From Zootoca vivipara (taxonomy: Eukaryota), in the NCBI RefSeq assembly GCF_963506605.1, contig NC_083277.1, positions 7,936,001-8,000,000 of the forward strand: 64,000 nucleotides of DNA, given 5' to 3'. A model generated the notes under the pieces. It made no database searches. It had not been told where the DNA came from and saw nothing but the letters and a program-made list of their open reading frames with translations. The translations under genes were made by a program, and so were the position numbers. Positions 54,624-64,000 of the stretch are shown here, piece after piece; position 1 is the first letter of the stretch; every line of letters begins with the position of its first letter.

Positions 54624-55003
54624 GTTGTGTATTATACAGCTCTGGAAGCCCAGAGCAAATTTGACACCACATTTGCCAAGCAACAAAGTCTCCCCTCTCC
54701 TAATCCCCTCATGTTGTGCTTGAGGTTCTCCCAACTTGCCAGAACTGATTTGGAGGGGCACACAAGCAGAAGAGAGGAGAAAAATAGACCCACGGCACTT
54801 GTGGGGTTCATTTTACATCCCACTAGCATAACTATTTCGTTGTATCCAGCCCTCACTATGTATCAGGCCACATATTTAATCCTTAGCGCCTCTGTCAGCA
54901 GAGCTCAAAAGCAACAGGGACAACAACTGAGACCTTGTGCTATGATCTTATGATGCTGTCCTGGGTGGGTGGGGAACCTCAGGCTAAGAGGAGGTGGAGA
55001 CTA

Positions 55004-55174
<171 letters not shown>

Positions 55175-55487
55175 TTAGCAATCCAAAGAGGTAGTTAAGG
55201 CGAGGTGACCCAAAGCATATCAGAAGAGCCCAAAGCCCCAATGGGATTACAGCAAATGTAACTTCGGAATTATGGTTCCTCTGATCGTGGAGGTGGAACA
55301 CAGCCATTGTGGCTACTAGACAAGGTCAGTTTCTCCCTGGAGAAGCCGTCGTCACCCTTGCTGGAGAACATGTCAAGAGCTTTGCTGGATCAGGCCAATA
55401 GCCCATCTACTCCAGCTCCCTGTTTTCACAATGGCTACCTACATACTGTATGGGAAATGTACCCGGAAGACAAAAATGTATCGGGGA

Positions 55488-55720
55488 TCAGGTAGGTAGC
55501 CGTGTTGGTCTGAGAGTCAAAATAAATTTTAAAAATTTAACATTGTCCAGCACCTTAGAAACCGACTAAGTTTGTTCTGGGTGTAAGCTTTCGTGTGCAT
55601 GCACACTTCTTCAGATACCTGAAGAATCTGAAGAAGTGTGCATGCACACAAAAACTTATATCCAGAACAAACTTAGTTGGTCTCTAAGGTGCTAATGGAC
55701 AATTTTTTAATTTATTTTGA
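55488..55720. mobile_element. Penelope-like inverted pLTR remnant
   Basis: ggtaggtagccgtgttggtctg.. two oppositely oriented ctgaagaagtgtgcatgcacac units. Confidence 0.78.
55580..55619 (-). ncRNA. Minimal type I hammerhead ribozyme motif (Penelope-derived)
   Basis: GGUAU-CUGAAGA-A-[GUGUG CAUG CACAC]-GAAA-GC-UU-ACACC: core boxes, stem II hairpin, and stem I with 4/5 pairs. Confidence 0.6.
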
Positions 55721-56519
55721 ATGTACCGAGGAGTTAGTGATCTGACACGGTTACCCTTCCTGCCTCCGTTCCTTCCCCCTCCCTCGCTCTTGTTAAAGTT
55801 TTTTTGATGGCGTGGGAACAGTCTTTAATGTCCTGAAAATGTTGGGAGGAGGTAAAGCCCCCCCCCCCCACAGCTGCCGTAATCAGTTGGGAGGATAATG
55901 CTAGGTACCTTCTTTGATGTTGGACATTGTTTTTTAGAAAGTGAGGTATTGGGAGGGGGTGGCTAATGGATGATCTGCACGTAGCCAGTCGCCTAACAGG
56001 CTATCTATAAAATCAGATGGTTTGGGCTAGGTTTCTCTGAAGCTTGTGCACGGACTGATCGGCCGCAGATCCGTGCAAACTGAGGCTGCCTAGGGGAGTA
56101 GCTTCGCTGCTTTTTGAGGGCTTCCAAGTGGCAGATTGAAGTGTTTGCTTGGTCTGTATACATTGCTTGCTGTTTCAGGATGAAATATTTAATCTTCTCA
56201 TTCACTTGTGTATTTCACATTGCTTCTGAATCTCATTTTAAAAGAACCACCTTGCATTTGGCAAGACATAAATCTGTACAAAACCCTCAAGCAGCACCTG
56301 AGCGGAAGAGCCCTCTCCTCTCCTGTGGTTTTCAACAGAGACAAAGCACAACCGTCAGGGTTCATTGCAGCCAGTGGCCTCATCCTCTCTGAATTTGTTT
56401 AATCCTCTTTCAAAGCATCATTGGTAGTTAAGAAAGCTTTTCAAATGCGCTCTGAATACCACTTTTTGGGAAGGCTAGGGAGAGCAGCACTGTTGTGCTA
56501 ATTTTCTGCATTGGGACAT

Positions 56520-57228
56520 CTGGTTAATAATAATAATAATAATAATAATACCCCGCCCATCTGGCTGGATTTCCCCAGCCACTCTGGGCGGCTCCCAACA
56601 GATACAGTGGCGCCTCGACTTACGAATTTAATCCGTTCCGAAGGCACCTTCGTAGGTCGAAAAATTCGTAAGTCGAAAAGCGCCATTGGAAACGTGATTT
56701 CCCATAGGAATGCACTGGAAACGGAAAAATTCGTAAGTCGAAGCAACCCCATCTAAAAATTCGTAAGTCGAAAAAACCCTATCTAAAACCGCCACGGTTT
56801 CCGTTCGGATGTCGAGCAATTCGTAAGCGTGCGGCTATTTGCCCCACTCGTAAGTCGAAAAATTTGGTTGTCGAGTTGTTCGTAAGTCGATGTACCACTG
56901 TACTGAAAATAGAATAAAACATCAACCATTAAAAACTTCCCTAAACAGGGCTGTCTTCGGATGTCTTCTAAAAGTCAGATAATTGTTTATTTGTTTATTT
57001 CCTTGACATCTGATGGGAGGACGTTCCACAGGGCAGGCGCCACTACCAAGAAGGCCCTCTGCCTGGTTCCCTGTAACCTCACTTCTCGCAGGGAGGGAAC
57101 CGCCAGAAGGCCCTCGGAGTTGGACCTCAGTGTCCGGGCTGAATGATGGGGGTGGAGACGCTCCTTCAGGTATACAGGGCCGAGGCTTTAAAGGTCAGCA
57201 CCAACACTTTGAATTGTGCTCGGAAACT
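56520..57228 (-). mobile_element. L2 LINE 3' fragment with a nested Tigger MITE
   Basis: FRAQFKVLVLTFKA..RHPKTALF and tail + (AAT)n. Confidence 0.82.
56605..56900. mobile_element. Tigger-type MITE
   Basis: cagtggcgcctcgacttacgaa / ttcgtaagtcgatgtaccactg, TA TSD. Confidence 0.88.
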
Positions 57229-57444
57229 GCCACTGTGAGAACAGGATGCTGGACTAGATGGGCTCTTGGCTTGATCCAGTCGGCTCTTTGTATGTTCTTA
57301 CTGAAAGGAAATCCTAAAGATGTCAATGGGACTGAATACCAGGCGCTGGGAATCACAAGTGGGGAGAGCAAGGCTGTTGAGCTCATGTCTTGCTTGCAGG
57401 CTTCCCATTGTGGCATCTGGTTGGCCATTGGCCTGATCTTGCAG

Positions 57445-57887
57445 CTTACCTTCCAAGTTCCGGACTGCAGAATCCGGGACCGGCAGCCATTTGACAACGG
57501 AAGTTGCGTCGATGTAACTTCCGGCGTCGCTTTGCCTTTCTATGGGCACAAAAAATGGCCGCCGCCGGCTTCGAATGTCGCTAGTACGCATGTCAGGAAG
57601 TGCGCCGACGCAACTTCCGGTGTCGCTCCGCCCATCTATGGGCACCAAAAATGGCCGCCGCCAACACCGGAAGTTACGTCTATGCGGACATGCGTAGTTG
57701 CGACTTTTGAAGCTGGCGGCGGCCATTTTTGGTGCCCATAGAAGGGCAAATCGGAAAGAAAAAAAATGGCCGCCGGCAGGAGAAAATAATGGAGAAAAAC
57801 GGGAGACGAAGTGATACGGGGGACCACCGGGAAAAGGTAAGTAAAAAAGGGGTTTTCCTGGGGAAAACGGGAGACTTGGCAGCTATG
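57445..57887. mobile_element. hAT MITE (443 bp) with repeated YY1-like and ETS-like motifs
   Basis: TIR cttaccttccaagt / acttggcagctatg (11/14); TSD tcttgcag/tcttacag; related TIRs on the 90-bp element at 61689. Confidence 0.75.
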
Positions 57888-57973
57888 TCTTACAGCCAGG
57901 CTCTTCCAAAGTTCTTCTGCAGCTAAGGGAGAACATATTAGAGTTGCAAAAAGAAAACAGAAACTATGCAGAA

Positions 57974-58109
57974 CAGGCATAGGCAACCTTGGCCCTACAA
58001 GTGTTTTGGAACTACAATTCCCATCATCCCTGACCACTGGTCCTGTTAGCTAGGGATCATGGGAGTTGTAGTCCCCAAACATCTGGAGGGCTAAGGTTAC
58101 CTATGCCTG
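57974..58109. mobile_element. Palindromic ~135-bp hAT MITE
   Basis: caggcataggcaacctt / aaggttacctatgcctg. Confidence 0.82.
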
Positions 58110-58205
58110 CTGCACAGCATTCAAAGCCTGCACATTGGGCAACTGTACCAGAAGCCGAGGGGAAGGGGCAGATCCTGCACAGCTCTCTGTTCCTTCTTCC
58201 TGGAC

Positions 58206-58424
58206 CCGATTCAGCAGCTCTCCAGAAACAGTTTCTGCTCCACGCAGAGAAGGAGACGGTCTGGAAGAAAATGTCACCATCATTTTTGTAATGTGGCAGG
58301 GGATCTTGTCTGGGGGTGGCGGCCACAAGGCCAGGATTGTGATTCCTGTATCGCAGGGCGTCCGACTAGATGCCCCTTCTAATTCTCCAGTTCTATAATT
58401 CTGTGGTTCTGTTGTTTTCACCAT
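58206..58424 (-). CDS. Putative SCAN-KRAB linker exon of gene E
   Basis: Acceptor ttttgtctccctgcag|ATG; 219 nt open; C-terminal MMVTFSSRPSPSLRGAETVSGELLNR resembles pre-KRAB linker exons; weak donor gtccag. Confidence 0.35.
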
Positions 58425-59154
58425 CTGCAGGGAGACAAAAGAAGGGCATTTTAGACCTTTGCAACAGCGGGGGGCACCCCAAAGTTAAGAGTCACATTCA
58501 TTGCTCCACCCACTTTTTGCCTCTGCCTCCTCCCACCAGGGGGGGGTCATACACCCCCACCAAGGAGGCAGCAATGGCCACCAACTTTGATGGCTTTAAA
58601 AGAGGATTAGACAAATTATTGGAGGAGAGAGCTCTTGAAGGCCTCTAGCCATGATGGCCTACTCTTGGGTTTTATTCTTTTAAGGCTTACAGCAGAGTTT
58701 CTTTTTACAGAGAATATTATTTACAAAAAAAATACACTGGTCAAATAAAACAACACAATTCCTTCTCCTCTAGCCATCTGGCCAGAGATTCTATTACTGA
58801 CTCATTTACACTTCTTGTTCAATTACACACTGACTGACCTTTATTGACCTTAATAAAGGCACCTGTTGCTGGGGAGATTTTTCTGTTGCCTAGCAACCTG
58901 TCCATGACCAATCTTCAAGTTCTTTCTAGAATATTCCAACAGGTTTTAGGCGGGCATCTTGTTGGCCGCTGTGGGAACAGGATTGGAGAACTGGGCACAA
59001 GCTAACAAAATGAATTTCAATGGGGGCAAATGTAAGGTTCTGCACTTAGGCAGGAAGAACCAGATGCACAAATATAGGATGGGGGACACCTGGCTTACTA
59101 GCAGTATACCGTATGTGAAAAAGATCTAGGGCAAAGCTTTAAAATGCTTTAAAT

Positions 59155-59297
59155 CAGGCATCCCCAAACTGCGGCCCTCCAGATGTTTTGGCCTACAACT
59201 CCCATGATCCCTAGCTAAGAGGACCAGTGGTCAGGGATGATGGGAATTGTAGTCCCAAATCCAAAACATCTGGAGGGCCGAAGTTTGGGGATGCCTG
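59155..59297. mobile_element. Palindromic hAT MITE
   Basis: Perfect TSD ctttaaat; TIR caggcatccccaaact. Confidence 0.9.
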
Positions 59298-59844
59298 CTT
59301 TAAATATATTATGGGAATGTGGTTAAAGAATCAGGAGAAACAGTAAGCTCTGTGCAACCTGCCACCATGGGGAATTGTTTGGGTCCCCCAGTTACTTTTA
59401 TTGATTTTCCAACTTATTACAAATCTTGGCAAATTAATTCAATTTAATACAATTCTCCAAAACTGGCTTCCCACTCTCCTTATTAGGTACGTCCACAATA
59501 AACCCCTGTTGCTGCTCATAATCTCAATTTATCTCTAGATGCCATCCCCCCAATTTTTTTTATCCATCAGCTGTCCCTCTATATCCCTGTATAAAGCAAA
59601 AATCAAGTAAATCTTTATATATATATATTTATATATATGGTTTGTTTTTCCAGAGTCTGGTGTTGTTTCCCAGCTTCATATTCCATGTTCAAATCCAAAC
59701 TTTTTCAGGTTTAGCTGGAAATTCTCTGCTTGCTTCCAAGACCACTTCAGACATTCCTTCCCAAAGATAACAAAACCACAGCTAGTTCCAGAAGGGCGTG
59801 CCCCCTCCCTCCGTGGGGAATTGTTCCAATGCAAAAGTCTGTAT

Positions 59845-60195
59845 CGTCAGATAGTTGTTATTTCCTTGACATCTGATGGGAGGGAGTTCCCCGGGGCGGG
59901 TGCCACCACCGAGAAGGCCCTCTGCCTGGTTCCCTACAACCTCACTTCTCGCAGTGAGGGAACCGCCAGAAGGCCCTCGGAGCTGGACGATGGGGTAGAG
60001 ATGCTCCTTCAGGTATACTGGGCCGAGGCCGTTTAGGGCTTTAAAGGTCAGCATCAACACTCTGAATTGTGCTCGGAAACGTACTGGGAGCCAATGTTGG
60101 TCTTTCAGGACCGGTGTTATGTGGTCTTGGCGGCTATTCCCAGTCACCAGTCTAGCTGCCGCGTTCTGGATTAATTGCCGTTTCCGAGTCACCTG
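59845..60195 (-). mobile_element. L2 LINE fragment
   Basis: QLIQNAAARLVTG..DHITPVLKDQHWLPVRFRAQF. Confidence 0.85.
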
Positions 60196-60469
60196 AACTA
60201 GGTTCCACACATTCACAAAAAAAGAGCCACAAAAACGCAAAATAAATAGCAAAAACAGACAGACCTCAGCGTAACACTCAAAATGTAAGTGGGGCACTCA
60301 AAACGGAGCACGTTCAGCTTCCGAAAGAAGCTCACCAACCGAACACTTACTTCTGGGCTTCCAGTGTTTGGGTTCCAAGTTGTCTGAGTACCAAGGCGTT
60401 TGAGAACCAACCACTGTATTCCAAACCACTGACCTAAAGTGTAAGCACCTGGATGAAGCCATCTGTCAC

Positions 60470-60694
60470 CTGCTGTTCCTCCTCCTGCTTCATGTCCTCT
60501 GCCCAGCTCAGGTGGAAACCTTTGGCCAGGAAACTGGTCTCCTCTCTGCATCCCCTCACCCAGTTCTCCATCTCCGGGGGGAGGACAGCCAGGAACTGCT
60601 CCAGGATCGCCAGGTCCAGGATCTGAGTCTTGGTGTGTCGGTGTGTCTTTGGCTTCAGCTACTTGTGGCAAAGGTGATGGAGTCGGCTGCAAAC
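60470..60694 (-). pseudogene. Decayed SCAN-domain exon (upstream part of gene E)
   Basis: [61 protein letters not shown]|gtgaca. W->stop plus a short deletion; not shown in the ORF track frame. Confidence 0.85.
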
Positions 60695-60778
60695 ATAGAA
60701 GGGCAATCTTGCTCTAAGGAAGTGCTTCACTGAGTGGGTCCAGGAGCTCCTGGCTTAGCTAATGAAAGGAAAGCACAA

Positions 60779-60820
<42 letters not shown>

Positions 60821-61243
60821 TGGGTGTCAACCTTGCATGGTTGGATAATCTATACAACTCATCTGGGAATAGAGGAAGCTTTATGGAGACCAGTGGTCCG
60901 CCTAGCTCAATACTGTCCACACTGACAGACAGCAGCTGTCCAGGATTCTGGGCAGGGAGTGTCTCTCCCAGCCCTAACTGGAGATACCAGATTCCTTGGA
61001 GATCAGCTGCCAGTCTGCGCAGGCAACGCTGAGCGAGGTGAACAGATGGTCTGACTCAATATTCTTGGGTTTTTCATTAGTTGGCAGCTGGTTTGCAACG
61101 GTGTTAAAAACTTGGAAGCGGCATCCACCCCGTTCCCCAGTTCTGTCTCATCTACGCACCAACTAGCATTGCTGGAAATATCAAATAAAACGCGCCCTAT
61201 TGGAAAACCGGGGATGGGGGGGGGGAAGAGTCTCCTGACTTAC

Positions 61244-61491
61244 GGTTTATTTATATTTGCAAGGACGACTTCAGATTGCAAGCCTAAGCGCTGAACCACA
61301 TGGATCTTACATAAGAAAAGAAAGAGACAGAGAGAGTGTGTTTGTGAGAGAGAGGGAGAAATGGAGGGAAGGAAGAAGGGAGTGAGGAAGAGGAGGAGCC
61401 TTGGTAGGATTCCTGGGAAAGTACAAAGTGCATTTCCCCCGGGCGATCTGCCGATTTCCTCGCCTGCCCTCTGCTGGCTGGAGCCGTGCAA
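61244..61491 (-). promoter_or_regulatory. Putative promoter/first exon of gene E; inverted paralog of 14678-14883
   Basis: Donor gtaagt at 61243; homology to the 14.7-15.0 kb segment. Confidence 0.5.
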
Positions 61492-61688
61492 GGTTGATTG
61501 TCCCCACCAGCTCTTTTTGCAAGCTTTTTTTTTGCAGAGAAGACCCTCCCTGCCCCATTCTGACTTGCAGGTTCTCGAAATCCATCCCTTGGTAGCGCTT
61601 CGGTCAAGATATTTTATTTATTGCATTTATACCCCCCCTTTTTTCATTTCAAAGGAGCTCAACGCAGCGTACGCAGTTCTCTCCCTCC

Positions 61689-61778
61689 CATAGCTGCCAA
61701 GTTATCCCTTTTTTACAGGGATTTTCCCTTATGCTGAATAGGCTTCCTCGCAAGAAAAGGGAAAACTTGGCAGCTATG
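61689..61778. mobile_element. 90-bp hAT MITE
   Basis: Perfect 15-bp TIR catagctgccaagtt; perfect TSD ctccctcc. Confidence 0.9.
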
Positions 61779-62039
61779 CTCCCTCCTCGTTCCATCCCCG
61801 CAACAACCCTGCAAGGTAGGTTAGGCAGGAGAGTGCCGGTGCTCACCCAGTGAGCTTCATCATGGCTGATCTGATGTCCTCTGTGAAGAGGGATGGACAC
61901 CCAGAAAAACTTTCTGGCAGAGCTGTTCAGCAGTGGAAAGGATTCCCTCGGGAGGTGGTGAACTCTCCTTCCTTGGAGGTTGGGTGGCCATCTGTCATGC
62001 ATGCTTTAGCTGAGATTCCTGCATTGCAGGGGGTTGGGC

Positions 62040-62283
62040 TAGATGATCCCTGGGGTGCCTTCCAACTGCCCGTTTCTTTTAGATCAATCTTCCCCCTCCC
62101 AAAAAAAACAGAAAAAGGGGGGAGCAATACAGCTGTCAATGTCATACACGTCAAAGCAACAAACTTACACATCACAAGCAGCTGATAAAACTTTTAAAAA
62201 AGAAATGAATAGTAGTTTAAAGCAGGTGGTGATTTAAAACCAAAAACCAATAAATCAATATCCTTGCAGTGCATACAATTGTG
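62040..62283 (+). repeat. ~245-bp direct duplicate of 63533-63782
   Basis: gatgatccctggggtgccttccaactgccc..gcagtgcatacaat recurs about 1.5 kb downstream. Confidence 0.85.
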
Positions 62284-62319
62284 GGAAGGTTTACTTTAGC
62301 AGAGTTAAACAATCCCCTT

Positions 62320-62466
62320 TACAAAATAAAAAAAATTCCTTCCAGCAGCATCTTAAAGACCAACCAAGTTTTTATTTTGGTATGAGCTTTCGTGTGCATG
62401 CTACTGAAAGGAATTTTTTTTTTTTTTTGCCTCTACTCATACCAACATGGCTACCTACCTGTAACT
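62320..62466. mobile_element. Penelope-like terminal remnant
   Basis: ggtatgagctttcgtgtgcatgc..ggctacctacctgtaac. Confidence 0.65.
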
Positions 62467-62607
62467 AATCCCCTTTACAGTGTAAGTTTATGCAGGGATC
62501 AGCCGAGTTCTACTAATAAAGATGACTTCCTGGTTAAAAATCCCTTTGAATGCCTGTTAAAGAACACACACACCAATCTGATTCATGTTAACATAAAACT
62601 ATTTTAC

Positions 62608-63066
62608 ACCTTGCCGACAAAGGTCCGTATAGTTAAAGCTATGGTTTTCCCAGTAGTGATGTATGGAAGTGAGAGCTGGACTATACAGAAGGCTGATCAC
62701 CGAAGAATTGATGCTTTTCAATTATGGTGCTGGAGGAGACTCTTGAGACTGCAAGAAGATCAAACCTATTCTGAAGGAAATCAGCCCTGAGTGCTCACTG
62801 GAAGGACAGATCCTGAAGCTGAGGCTCCAATACTTTGGCCACCTGATGAGAAGACTCCCTGGAAAAGACCCTGATGTTGGGAAAGATGGAGGGCACAAGG
62901 AGAAGGGGACGACAGAGGACAAGATGGTTGGACAGTGTTCTCGAAGCTACGAACATGAGTTTGACCAAACTGCGGGAGGCAGTGCAAGACAGGAGTGCCT
63001 GGTGTGCTCTGGTCCATGGGGTCACGAAGAGTCGGACACGACTAAACGACTAAACAACAACAACAA
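62608..63066 (+). mobile_element. BovB 3' fragment
   Basis: TLPTKVRIVKAMVFPVVMYGSESW..; (CAA)n tail; attttac flanking repeat. Confidence 0.9.
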
Positions 63067-64000
63067 ATTTTACTCTCAGATTCATTCAGGTTTACAGAAC
63101 TGTACCTGAATGGAGGCTAAGGTTACATAACAAACAAATAAACTATACCAGAGGGAAGTTGGTCTTGAGGTGACTGCAACTGAGCAGCTACCTTTCAAAA
63201 CTACCAGCAACTGACAAACTGGTTGTCACAGCAACTGGTTAAAACATGGAGGCCGTTTTCAAAGAATATTTAAGAAACAATGGTATGACAGAAACACTTG
63301 TTTCTTTGAGTATAGTTTTTGATAATGATAATTGTTGAATGTTATTGTTTGTGTCTAATAATGGATATTGAAGATATTTGAGTATTGTATAGGAATTTGT
63401 TTATTATGTGTTTTGTGTGTTATTGTGTCTTATAATTTTAAACAATAAAGATTTTTTTTAAAAAAAAAGAACATGGAGGCCGTTAGTCATTTCTGTTGGA
63501 ATGTTGCACTTGACTACACCTTTACATCCCACAAGATGATCTCTGGGGCCCCTTCCAACTGCCCCTTTCTTTTCAGTCAATCTCTCTCTTTTTTAAAAAA
63601 ATTAAACAGAAAAAGGGTCAAAACAGCTGTCAAAACAATGTCATACACATCAAAGCAACAAACTGACACATCACAAGCAGCTGATAAAACTTTTTAAAAC
63701 GAAATAAATAGTAGATAAAAGCAGGTGGTGATTTAAAACCAAAAATCAATAAATCAATTATCCCTGCAGTGCATACAATATGCAAAACATATCAGTAGGG
63801 CCGGTATGTTTGTTATTCGTCTCTTTCTCAGGATGGATGAAGGATGAGTTCAAAGTCGAATTGCAAAATGTGCATATAAAAATTGAAACCTTTTTTTTTG
63901 CATGCATCGGAAAGGAAGGGCTACGTCACTCGCTGCCCTTCCTTTGAGAGACCGGCGAGGCCAAGTGCCTGCGGTGACGTGGTGCTGAAAGAGTTAATGT

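Overview
Vertebrate, almost certainly squamate (lizard) genomic DNA. The taxon is inferred from the repeat set: Sauria SINEs, BovB/RTE, squamate-type L2, CR1 and L1, Penelope remnants, and hAT and Tigger MITEs. A lacertid origin is plausible but not proven. The window is a C2H2 zinc-finger (SCAN/KRAB-ZNF-type) gene cluster with six finger-array exons: A1 2554-3059 (-, pseudogene), A2 10503-11542 (-, 10 fingers), B 17051-18859 (+, 20), C 26385-28489 (+, 21), D 38353-39926 (-, 14 intact + 2 broken) and E 51771-52753 (-, 8 intact + 1 broken). There are four KRAB-A exons, only one canonical, plus one decayed SCAN exon. Promoter/first-exon modules have been duplicated and apparently swapped between genes. 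The most unusual items are: two TSD-bounded ~1.4 kb hAT elements carrying CpG-island-like cargo; a YY1/ETS-motif-packed hAT MITE; a Penelope-derived minimal hammerhead ribozyme motif on the sense strand of a ZNF intron; a Helitron and a hAT inserted at the same paralogous position; a scrambled or nested BovB; and a Copia RNase H/LTR remnant fused to a ZNF 3' end. Gene structures are inferred from splice signals and reading frame only, with no expression data. One N-gap lies at 625-785.
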